Shown piece by piece: positions 1-8,785 of a stretch of 14,244 bases of DNA (positions within the stretch are counted from its first letter, which is position 1; every line of letters starts with the position of its first letter). Location: positions 1-14,244 of the forward strand of contig CBDBHR010000014.1 in the NCBI GenBank assembly GCA_965205865.1, read 5' to 3'. The translations under genes and the position numbers were made by a program. Origin of the DNA: a bacterium (GTDB lineage: Bacteria > SAR324 > NAC60-12). The notes below the pieces were generated by a model, which did not search any database, had not been told where the DNA came from, and saw only the letters and a program-made list of their open reading frames with translations.

Positions 1-2
1 GG

Positions 3-2196
3 GTGCTCTCAAGAACAACACGGGCGCTCAATGAGTTTCGCATTGAAGGAATCGCCACCTCGATTCCATTTTTACAAAACCTGCTGCAGCATCCTGAGGT
101 GGCTTCCTGGCAAGTGCATACCCGATTTGTCGAAGAGAACCTGACGACGCTCACTCAAATTGATCCAACTACCCAATCCCGCTACTTCAGCACGACCCAA
201 CCACCGTTGAGTGAGCAACCGGATATCCGCTCAGCTGGCTTGGCAGGTGCCCAGATTGATACCCTGGATCCCCTGGCTCTTTTCTCACATGATCAGACCA
301 TTATAAAGAGCCCAAAGCGAATCACGTTCAGAAGCTGAAACTGCCGCACCAGAGCTGGCCGGGCCCGACGGGACCATCGGCCTCCCTGTCCCCATTCAAG
401 GAACGATCGTCAGTGTCATGGTTGCTGAAGGAGACAGCATCAACCGGGGCCAACAACTGGCCGTCTTGGAAGCGATGAAAATGGAACATGTCATTTCAGC
501 CGATCGTAGCGGGATCATCCGGCGCATTACCCTGGCGGTTGGGGATGTCATCCGTGAGGGATATCCTCTATTTTTTATTGAAACCAGTGAAGGCCAAACC
601 GCTGCAGACGAGGTTGCCAAGACAATTGACTTGGATTATATCCGACCTGACTTAGAGGAGACCCACCAACGACATGCCTACACTTTAGACGAAAACCGGC
701 CTGAGGCGGTGGCCCGGCGCCGAAAAACCGGGCAACGGACAGCCCGGGAAAATATTATTGATCTTTGTGACCCTGACACTTTCTTCGAGTTTGGAGCTTT
801 TGCAGTAGCAGCGCAACGATCCCGACGAGATGAAGAATGGCTTCGCAAATACACGCCTGCCGATGGTTTATTAGCGGGTGTCGGAACGGTCAATGGGGAA
901 CTGTTTGAAGGACAGGATGCACGTTGTATGGCCATTGCCTATGATTACACCGTTTTAGCTGGGACACAAGGGATGCGAAATCATTACAAACAAGATCGCA
1001 TGTTTCAACTGGCGGATCGTTATCAATTACCGATGGTCATTTTCACAGAGGGAGGAGGTGGACGGCCTGGAGATACAGATGGCGCATCCCCCGTGGGCAT
1101 GGATGTTTACACCTTTACTCAGTTCTCTAAACTCAGTGGACTCGTACCGCTGGTTGGGGTCAACTCAGGACGCTGTTTTGCAGGCAACACGGCTCTGCTG
1201 GCTTGCTGTGATGTCATCATTGCCACCGCTAATTCCACCATCGCTATGGGGGGCCCCGCAATGATCGAGGGAGGAGGCCTCGGTATTTACACACCGGAAG
1301 AAGTCGGTCCCATGTCCATCCAAGTTCCGAACGGCGTCGTTGATATCCTGGTCGAAGATGAGGAAGCTGCGGTAGCCATAGCGAAAAAGTACCTTTCCTA
1401 CTTTCAAGGCCCCATCCCGGACTGGGAATCTCCGGACCAAAGGATTTTGCGGCACATTATTCCCGAGAACCGGGTAAGAATGTACAATGTGCGGGATATC
1501 ATTGAGACCCTGGCCGATCGCGATTCGGTGCTGGAAATCCGTGAAGATTTCGGTATTGGGATTATCACAGCGTTCATTCGCATTGAAGGCCGTCCACTGG
1601 GATTGATTGCCAATAATCCCCACCATCTGGCTGGAGCAATCGATAGTGACGGAGCTGATAAAGGAGCACGGTTTCTACAGCTTTGTGATGCTTTTGATCT
1701 TCCTATCGTGAGTTTGATGGACTGCCCCGGCATTATGGTTGGCCCTGAGGTGGAAGCCACCGCCTTGGTTCGACACAGCGCTCGACTCTTTAATACAGGC
1801 GCCAACCTTTCAGTTCCTCTGTTCGGATTAGTCTTAAGGAAAGGCTATGGGTTAGGGGTACAGGCGATGTGTGGAGGAAGCTCATTAGTTCCATTCTTCA
1901 CAGCGGCTTGGCCCACCGCGGAATTTGCTGGGATGAATATTGAGGGGGCGGTCAAACTAGGCTATCGCAAGGAATTAGCCGCGATAGAGGATCCGGAAGA
2001 ACGACGGATCAAATACGACGCTATGGTCGCCGAAAGCTATGAAAACGCGAGAGCTTTACACGCGGCCAGCTATTTCGGGATTGATGATGTCATCGACCCC
2101 GCTGATTCACGCCGTTGGATTGTGGCCGGTTTGCAGAGTGTCCCTTCCCCTCCACCTCGCACTGGTAAAAAGAGACCCTATGTCGACACATGGTAA
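3..2196 (+). pseudogene. Fused biotin-dependent acyl-CoA carboxylase (biotin carboxylase C-terminus + BCCP + carboxyltransferase), 5'-partial, frameshifted near 290-306
   Basis: Frame 3 (3-338) encodes a biotin carboxylase C-terminus (RALNEFRIEGIATSIPFL..HTRFVE). Frame 1 is open from 307 (RAQSES..PVPIQGTIVSVM) through the biotinylation motif EAMKM (469-483) and carboxyltransferase motifs (DYTVLAGTQG, EGGGGRPGD, DCPGIMVG) to TAA at 2194-2196. The break lies in the linker and could be a sequencing error. Confidence 0.88.
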
Positions 2197-2383
2197 GGAA
2201 TGAGGATTAAATAACTTCTGGATCTTTGAACAGAGTAAAAACTGGGGACATGTACAACAAACTTTGCCATTCACTGCCCAATGAGCTAAATGAAGCTCTT
2301 TGCTTAACGAAAAGTTAATCATAAACTGTTACGTGTCCCCTGGTTTTACGGATCACTTTCGGAAGTTATTAAATCCGGAGTCC
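2197..2383. mobile_element. MITE-like element A (187 bp) with 22-bp TIRs, apparent TAA target duplication and an internal inverted repeat
   Basis: Left end GGAATGAGGATTAAATAACTTC (2197-2218) matches the reverse complement of 2362-2383 (GGACTCCGGATTTAATAACTTC) at 18/22. TAA flanks both sides (2194-2196, the carboxylase stop, and 2384-2386). The inner IR 2235-2254 / 2330-2349 matches at 17/20. Confidence 0.75.
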
Positions 2384-2479
2384 TAAAGAGAAGAGAAGAA
2401 GCCCCAGGTTCTATTTTTAAAAAGCCTGTTAGCGTTAAATTTTAAGAAACCTTTATCCTTAGAAGGCACAGGAAACCTT

Positions 2480-3355
2480 ATGAATTCAGCATCCAAACAA
2501 TTTTCCGCTCTAAGCGGAATCATCGTGGTTGAGGTCGCAGGCGGTGTCGCGGGAGCGTACTGCGCGAAGCTCTTTGCCGACATGGGAGCTACGGTTTTGC
2601 GCATTGTCCCGGCAGAGGGCGATCCCATGGAAAGCGAACTGATTCACCCCGATGAGAGATCAACGCGCGGACTGTACGCTGCTTATCTCAACGCAGGAAA
2701 GCAGGTGGTTCCTCCGAACGCGGTGGATCAAGTCGACATTGCCCTTTACAACGCCCGCACTGCTGACTCGGCAAGCGACTGGGCGCGAGCCGGTACGCTT
2801 AGGCAACCGGCATCCGGTGCTGGTCCCACACGGATGCTTTCAGTGCCGTGGGGAAAATCGATGGATTGCAGTCGCGGTGGCTGACGGGCAAAGCTGGAAG
2901 GCACTTGCCGATATTATCGGGTGTCAAGATTTGCGCGACGATGCAACTCTACTTGAGAGTCCGGTCCGCCGTGCACGGCAAGCCGAGTTGGAGAGCGCCA
3001 TTGCGAACTGGACACTGGAAAAAGAGGCGCGCGAGGCCGCGTCCACGTTACAGGCCGCCGGAATCTTAGCCGCTCCGATTCACCATCTCGACGAAGTGGA
3101 ATCAGATCAGCACCTGGTTGCCAGGCAATTCTTCTATGCCATTGAACGCCCGCACGTGGGTCTGTAGATCCAAGGCGGATTGCCATTGACGGTCAACGGT
3201 GAACGATATCCGATGCGTGGACTGGCACCCTTGTTGGGTGGCAATTCCGCGGAAGTGCTGAAACGACTCGCGGATATAGATACGCAAAGCTTCGAGTCGT
3301 TACTGAACCGGGGATTGTGAGCTTGAAGCCGACCGAACTTCGAAAAGCTCGGTAG
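2480..3355 (+). pseudogene. Family III CoA-transferase (CaiB/BaiF-like) with internal deletion, nonsense codon and probable terminal frameshift
   Basis: The N-terminus LSGIIVVEVAGGVAGAYCAKLFADMGATVLRI..YLNAGK (frame 2) jumps near 2735-2745 into the C-terminal part LPFTTPALL..GREPVRLGNRHP..PHGCFQCRGENRWIAVAV (frame 3). After the in-frame TAG at 3165-3167, homology continues (APLLGGNSAEVL) to TGA at 3318-3320. One extra G in the run at 3310-3313 would extend it to TAG at 3353-3355. Confidence 0.85.
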
Positions 3356-3392
3356 CAGCGTGTCGTAAAATGGGGGAAGTTCAGGCCTGATA

Positions 3393-4241
3393 TTAGCCGT
3401 GATCGATATCTTTCTCTTGAAGGAGAGCACGCAACCGTTCGACTTCTGCAAGAGCTTTTTCTTCTCTTGCTAAGGCGTTTTCTTTCAGTTGTCGCTCTTG
3501 TTCTTTTTGTTCTCGCTCTTGTTCTTTTTGTTCTCGCTCTTGTTGGAGGCTTTTTAGGAGGAACGGTTGGTAGAGAGGATCTTCGATTAATTTTTCAAAG
3601 GGCACCTGTTTTTCTAAATCCTCAAGACGAAATGCGAAACGATCCAAGACCCTGGAATGAATCACGCTGGGCTCTTGGCTCTCCATACTTTCATAAACCC
3701 CCTGCTCATTGAGGGTATAGAAGGCCGTATGCTTGTGCAAGCGGTCTAATATATAATATTCAGGCACTCCCACTTGGGCGTATTCTTCTTTTTTGTGGAC
3801 CGTATCCCGTTCTACCTCCGTAGGATCCGAGTCGGATAAAAACTCAATACAGAGATCACAAACTCCACCAAAAGAACGATCCAACGGCTTGGCCTCGACA
3901 GGATTGGATTGGAGAATTACAGCCAAATCCGGTTTGCGAATACTGACCTTGTTCTTTCCCAGCTCCAAACGAAAGCCCATTTCCAATGCCATCATCCGTC
4001 CGATGGGAAAGACGGTTAAATATTCTTCTAATAAGCGGAAGAACCATTGATATAGAGAGATGCTTAAAAAATCGGGCATGGGCTTTTCCTCTAAGAGTCC
4101 ATTGTTCCATTCATATTGACAATCCGGGTGTTCATAATACGCCTTCCAATACTCGGCCTCACTGACCACGAGGGGCTCCTTGGAAGCGGGAGGCAAACGT
4201 CTTTGAGAGGAGTGGTTTTTGACGGATTCTAAAGTAGTCAT
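3393..4241 (-). CDS. Uma2 family (DUF820) PD-(D/E)XK putative endonuclease with coiled-coil tail
   Basis: Intact 282-aa ORF with motifs YEWNNGLLEEKPMP, RKPDLAV, DLCIEFLS and KKEEYAQVGVPEYYILD, and a QEREQKE-repeat tail. Confidence 0.9.
   Translation of the reverse strand: MTTLESVKNHSSQRRLPPASKEPLVVSEAEYWKAYYEHPDCQYEWNNGLLEEKPMPDFLSISLYQWFFRLLEEYLTVFPIGRMMALEMGFRLELGKNKVSIRKPDLAVILQSNPVEAKPLDRSFGGVCDLCIEFLSDSDPTEVERDTVHKKEEYAQVGVPEYYILDRLHKHTAFYTLNEQGVYESMESQEPSVIHSRVLDRFAFRLEDLEKQVPFEKLIEDPLYQPFLLKSLQQEREQKEQEREQKEQERQLKENALAREEKALAEVERLRALLQEKDIDHG
3492..3544. repeat. 21-bp tandem repeat (about 2.5 copies) encoding heptads in the Uma2 tail
   Basis: TCGCTCTTGTTCTTTTTGTTC at 3492-3512 and 3513-3533, with a partial copy at 3534-3544. 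Confidence 0.95.
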
Positions 4242-4365
4242 GACGCCCTCAATGGGAATGAGATGTGAAATTTGTCATCTTTTCAAAAGAATAACATATT
4301 GTGCGAAGGACTACAATTTCCCGTGAATCTCTTGAGAGAGGAAATAATGAGAAACGAGGCCATTC

Positions 4366-4471
4366 CCATTTTGACATCAACCCTCTTTATTCTAAAAAAT
4401 CTATGTCATGCTTAAATATTCCTCAGAATGGCACAGTGAGTGATCCTGATCGTCTACTCAAGCTATTCCTT
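4366..4471 (+). pseudogene. 106-bp internal remnant of an AraC-family gene, paralogous to 7381-7486
   Basis: Ungapped match to 7381-7486 with 8 mismatches in 106 bp. Encodes HFDINPLYSKKSMSCLNIPQNGTVSDPDRLLKLFL. Confidence 0.9.
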
Positions 4472-4733
4472 CTCGTGAGTGTTTTTCTTCCAAGGGGACA
4501 ATTTAGTAGAATACTAGGATGATTCCGACTGATTATTGATTTTCAGGAAGGAGTGTGATAATCAAAAATTCATGTCACATCCAAACGGGGGCCTCGGAGC
4601 CAGTGGTGTGTGTAATCAACATATGGCAAGTGCAGTGGCTTACCATGAGGGGCTCGAGTGAAAGAGTTAGGCTTTCTTTATTGGTTTATTTATTAAAATC
4701 TCGTAAACAAAATCTCTTACTTTAAGGGTCCCT

Positions 4734-5246
4734 ATGACAACAACTACCAAAATTACTTCCGGTTTTTGGCAGGAACGCCAAATGCTCAATCGAGACCACT
4801 CATTGCCTGCGATCATAAAAATTTTTGAAGACACCGGAAGGGTTCGTGTTCTCACCCAGGAACTGAAAGCCGAGGAAAAACAACACATTTTTTGGGAATC
4901 CGATTTGGCAAAATGGATGAAAGGGGCTCTCATTCACTTGCAGCAGGAACCTGATGAGGAATTGAACGCCTATGTTGAAAATCTGATCGACCAGCTGATT
5001 GCCAATACAGGAGTCTGACGGATATCTCAATTCGTTCTTCAGTTTCTACGAACCTCAAAATAAATTTACGAACCTAAAAGTCCGGCATAAACTTTACTGC
5101 GCTGGCCATTTATTGGAAGCGGCCATAGAACATCTGAAATTGCATGGTACCAGTCGTTTCTTTGAAGCAAGGCCACATTTATTCCCTATTTCCTTTGGGC
5201 CAATCGAGGAGAAAGTGAGATGCTGGTTTGGATCAACGAAAATTAA
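4734..5246 (+). pseudogene. Glycoside hydrolase family 127 (beta-L-arabinofuranosidase-like, DUF1680) with frameshift and large internal deletion
   Basis: N-terminal GH127 motifs (ITSGFWQERQ, FWESDLAKW, QESDGYLNS, HKLYCAGHLLEAA) with a frameshift near 5000-5008. At about 5169 the sequence jumps to the family's extreme C-terminal motif ATFIPYFLWANRGESEMLVWINEN-stop (frame 3, 5172-5246). Confidence 0.88.
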
Positions 5247-5310
5247 ATCCGGTTTTCACCCAACAAAATAAGATTGACAGAGCATTAGTCTCTTTTAAGA
5301 ACCCTTTACC

Positions 5311-5988
5311 ATGAAGAAAACCATGAAATATTTTGAAACTGAACCGGCACCCGGCAATTTTGGCAAACGCATTCTCGGTCTCAACCTTTCAGAACCGCAA
5401 ACTCCTGAGGTCCTCAAAGCGCTGTTTTCTACCCTCTATGAGCATCGTTTTTTGGTGATTCCAGGACAAGACTTGACCCAGGATCAATACCTCCAGTTTG
5501 GAGAGTCGTTTGGCACACCGATCCCCCATGTGGTGGACCAGGACCGCTTGGAGGAATACCCTGGTATCACGACCATCCATAATAGGACGCAGGAAAAGAA
5601 AAAATATGTTGATGGCGCCGCGTGGTGGCACACAGACCAATCCTATGAAACCCAACCGGCCATCACGACGATGTTGTATTCTGTGCAAGCGCCTAAAAAA
5701 GGAGGAGAAACCCGAATTGCCGATATGGTTGCCGCCTATGAGGCCCTTTCGGATTCCATGAAATCCCGCATTGCGGATCTGGAAGTCGAACATTTATACG
5801 GGAAAGGCATTGCTCTTCAGAAAGACGATATCCCAACCCCTTCTCTTTCTGAAGCGCAGAGCAAGCGGGTTCCTCCCGTTAGACACAAATTAGTGCGTCC
5901 TCATCCGGTGACTGGCCAAAAAACCTTGTATTCTCCGGCAGGCACCAGTCAGGGAATCCAGGGGAGGCCATATCCTTTTCTCTTGTAA
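5311..5988 (+). pseudogene. TauD/TfdA-family Fe(II)/2-oxoglutarate dioxygenase, C-terminally truncated
   Basis: Contains WHTDQSY (HxD), GGETRIADMVAAYEALS and HKLVRPHPVTGQKTLY. Homology ends near 5965, before the WDNRxxxH...R segment that supplies the third iron ligand. Confidence 0.85.
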
Positions 5989-6030
5989 TTTGGTTTTGTC
6001 TCTCCTACAATGCGCATTATTATGTGCACA
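5983..6030 (+). promoter_or_regulatory. Putative sigma70 promoter and operator palindromes of the antitoxin-mazF operon
   Basis: TTGTAA (5983-5988), 17-bp spacer, TACAAT (6006-6011). Palindromes AATGCGCATT (6009-6018) and TGTGCACA (6023-6030). RBS AAGGAG at 6033-6038. Confidence 0.55.
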
Positions 6031-6043
6031 GAAAGGAGATATG

Positions 6044-6265
6044 ATGAAAAAACGACTGAACATTACCCTAGAAGAAGACATATATTTTGGTCTCCATCAG
6101 ATGATTGGGCATCGTCGGATCAGCCAATTCATAGAAAACCTGATTCGTCCTCATGTAATTCAAGAAGATCTGGAAGCGGCTTATCGTGAAATGGCGGCTG
6201 ATGATGAGCGAGAACAAGCAGCATTGGAGTATGCGGAAAACACCATTCAGGACCTGGATATATGA
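6044..6265 (+). CDS. Type II antitoxin (ribbon-helix-helix-like), partner of the downstream MazF
   Basis: MKKRLNITLEEDIY..ISQFIENLIRPHV..LEAAYREMAADDERE with an acidic C-terminus, an RBS, and an ATGA overlap with the toxin. Alternative start at 6041. Confidence 0.85.
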   Translation: MKKRLNITLEEDIYFGLHQMIGHRRISQFIENLIRPHVIQEDLEAAYREMAADDEREQAALEYAENTIQDLDI

Positions 6266-6588
6266 GGCGGGGCGAAGTCTGGTGGGTCGATTTTAGCTTT
6301 ACTATTGGTGGAGAAATCAAGAAAAATCGTCCATCGGTTATTATCAGCAATAATAGCGCCAATAAAGTGTTGAATAGAATCCAAGTTGTTCCCCTGACCA
6401 CTAAAAAAACAGAAAGAGTGTATCCTAGTGAAGCAGCGATCTTCATCAAAGGGAAAAAACATAAAGCCATGACCGATCAGATTGACACCGTTACCAAACA
6501 ACGGGTCCTCAATAAAATCGAGAAATTAACCGATTCAGAAATATCCCGGATTGAGCAAGCTTTGAAAGTGCAACTTGGGTTGAACTAG
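6262..6588 (+). CDS. mazF: PemK/MazF-family endoribonuclease toxin
   Basis: MRRGEVWWVDF..GGEIKKNRPSVIISNN..VVPLTT..DQIDTVTKQR; intact 108 aa. Confidence 0.93.
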   Translation: MRRGEVWWVDFSFTIGGEIKKNRPSVIISNNSANKVLNRIQVVPLTTKKTERVYPSEAAIFIKGKKHKAMTDQIDTVTKQRVLNKIEKLTDSEISRIEQALKVQLGLN

Positions 6589-6679
6589 TACCGAAAGAGA
6601 ACCCCCGAAGCAGGAGATTCCCCTGCTCAAAACAGGTCTTGCAGCATCAAAAGATAATTTATGCCCCCTTCTTACCCTC

Positions 6680-6887
6680 CCTAAATTGAGCGATTCTATA
6701 AAAGAATCAGATTATTATGACGCTATATTCCCCGTCAGACCGGTACAAACTCTTGTATATTTCCCATAAAGCTCTCTACCCGTTGGGTTGTGCTCGATTC
6801 TATCGAAACAACAGTATTACTCACTGATATAAAATACTTTTTCTCCACGAGTAATAGATTTTTTTGTCATGAATCGCTCAATTTAGG
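6680..6887. mobile_element. MITE-like element D (208 bp) with perfect 17-bp TIRs
   Basis: CCTAAATTGAGCGATTC (6680-6696) is the exact reverse complement of GAATCGCTCAATTTAGG (6871-6887). The interior is non-coding and AT-rich. No clean target duplication seen. Confidence 0.6.
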
Positions 6888-6985
6888 CCCCTATTTATTA
6901 TTTGAAGGAAATTTTCGATAACCTTTTGCGATAAAATCACAAACGAATCCAAGGTTGGGATTTTCGGCGAGTTGAGAGAAACAGT

Positions 6986-7021
6986 TGTTCAAAGTTCCGG
7001 AAATGATTTAATCCTCATTCC
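6986..7021 (-). repeat. Second copy of the element A terminus (solo end)
   Basis: The reverse complement GGAATGAGGATTAAATCATTTCCGGAACTTTGAACA matches 2197-2232 at 32/36. It is flanked by TAA at 7022-7024. Confidence 0.85.
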
Positions 7022-7036
7022 TAAAGAATTTTGATG

Positions 7037-7065
7037 TTGACCCCCGCTCAAAAAGGAAGTAAAAG
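7037..7065 (+). promoter_or_regulatory. Possible sigma70 promoter of the AraC gene
   Basis: TTGACC, 17-bp spacer, TAAAAG, about 60 bp upstream of ATG 7127. Motif match only. Confidence 0.3.
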
Positions 7066-7126
7066 GTCTATTTCCAGAGAATAAGAGGACAATTCCGATT
7101 TTAATGTTTAATTTTCCAATGAGACG

Positions 7127-7600
7127 ATGGAACTTATTATTGAAGAGGGGCTCTCCGTCCGGAGTCAAATCGCAGGATTATTCAATTCTCGAGGCGTGGG
7201 TTCGCATCCCACACGCACAATGACTTGCCATGAGCTTATTTACGTCCATCAGGGTTGTCTCCCCATACGGGAAGAGGGACAGGAATTCGAAATTAAAGAA
7301 GGAGAATATTTGATTTTGTTCCCTCAGCGACACCATGGAGGCACTGCTCCTTATCCGGAAGACTTACAATTTTATTGGATCCATTTTGACATCATCCCTC
7401 TTTATTCTAAAAAACCTATTTCATGCTTCAATATTCCCCAATATGGCACAGTGAGTGATCCTGATCGTCTACTCAAACTATTCCTTTGGTTTTTAGAGGA
7501 GCAAGGATCGAGGCGTCTTCGCCAAAATGTGGCAGATCTTCTGCTTGCCCTGATGCTGGAAAAAGTCAACAATCCCTCAATCTCACCAATCATTCCATAG
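7127..7600 (+). pseudogene. AraC-family regulator, ligand-binding (cupin) domain only; HTH domain lost
   Basis: GLFNSRGVGSHPTRTMTCHELIYVHQG..LILFPQRHHGG..LQFYWIHF. It ends at 157 aa where binding-protein sequence begins. Confidence 0.8.
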
Positions 7601-8370
7601 CTTTATCTGCGAGAGAGAGAATTGACGTGGTAAACATTGACCTGGTTAATGTGCCGTACTATGCAGCAGTGGGAGCCTTGTCAGATATGACTGATTTTCT
7701 GAAAGGGAAGACCTACTACGATAAGCTTAACAAAGCTATGTTGGCATTAGGTACGCTCGAGGGGAAACATTTCGCTGCACCAAACGCGGCAGATGTTTCA
7801 GCGTTTGCTTACAACAAAAAATTGTTAAAGCAGTATGGCTTTGATGGTCCACCAAAAAATTATGCTGACATGCTCACCATGTGTAAGGCATTCGCAGGTA
7901 CAGGAAAGTTTTTCATGGCATGGCCTTCAGTAAGCACTGGGGGAATGATCTTTACGTTTCAGCCGATGGCATGGGCGAACGGCGGCTCGTGGATCAGCAA
8001 GGATGGGAAAAAAATGGAGATCAATCATCCCAAGAACCGAGAAGCGTATGCTCACTATTTGAAGATGCTCGATATGGGATGTGTACCAAAAAATGTGGCT
8101 GCATGGGATTGGCCCGACAAGCAGGATGGGTTTCTGGCAGGTGATGTTGCCATGATCGGCACAGGTAATTTCATGATCAATCAAGTCAAGGATCATCTGG
8201 ATAAGGTTGATCCGGGATTCACCCCTTTTTTCAGTAAGGACGGAAGCAGGAAATCCGCTTTTGTAGGAGGAGACCTGATTGCGGTACCAGCCACTACAGG
8301 CAATAAGGAAGCCGCCTTGGAGTACATCAACTTCGTCTTGTCTCGCGAAGGACAAGTCGATGTTTTTTTC
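7597..8370 (+). pseudogene. Sugar ABC transporter substrate-binding protein, internal fragment lacking the signal peptide, N-terminus and C-terminus
   Basis: IALSARERIDVVNID..AFAYNKKLLKQYGFDGPPKNYADML..FLAGDVAMIGTG..FVGGDLIAVP..AALEYINFVLSREGQ, within ORF 7486-8784. The first 37 or so codons of that ORF are out-of-frame AraC DNA. Confidence 0.85.
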
Positions 8371-8784
8371 ACTGGCGAAAGGGCATTGTGGGCTGTGAAT
8401 ATCATGGTCACGTGGAAGTATGCAGGCATTCAAATGGTCATCTTGATCGCAGGCATGCAGAGTATTCGGGACGATTTGTACGAAGCCTCAACGCTGATAG
8501 GAGCATCACGTTTCCAGAACGTCATTTACATTACTGCGCCGCTGCTCAAGCACTCAACAGCACTGGCTTTGGTGATATCAATCGCAGGATCAATTCAAGC
8601 CTTTGAGCAGTTTTTCATAATGACATCAGGGGGGCCTGCGAATCAGACCAGAACTTTGATGATGTTAACTATAGATACAGCCTTTAATTTTGGCAAACAG
8701 GGTCCAGCATCTGCGATCTCAACATTCATCGTGCTCATCATATTTGCCGTGACTGTCGTGCAGTTGAAGTTATTTAAGAGGTAG
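8365..8784 (+). pseudogene. Carbohydrate ABC permease (MalF-like), C-terminal half, fused in frame to the binding-protein fragment
   Basis: ALWAVNIMVTWKYAGIQMVILIAGMQSI..LYEASTLIGA (EAA loop)..QAFEQFFIMTSGGPANQT. The N-terminal transmembrane helices are absent. Confidence 0.85.
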
Positions 8785-8785
8785 T

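Noticed and set aside
3165-3167. Pyrrolysine or other stop-codon readthrough, or an alternative genetic code
   Set aside because: TAG, TAA and TGA all end intact genes here, and this gene is already broken by a deletion.
4596-4652. Group II intron domain V/VI
   Set aside because: The resemblance (GAGCC..GAGGGG) is superficial. Length and loop do not fit the domain V consensus, and no other intron parts are present.
6609-6627. Terminator after mazF
   Set aside because: Only a 6-bp stem (AGCAGG/CCTGCT) with no T tract on the + strand.
4366-7486. Diversity-generating retroelement TR/VR pair
   Set aside because: The 8 mismatches are not confined to adenines of one copy (they include C/T and G/T differences), and no reverse transcriptase is present.
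7486-8784. Novel natural binding protein-permease fusion transporter
   Set aside because: Both domains are incomplete and there is no signal peptide, so an in-frame deletion explains it better.
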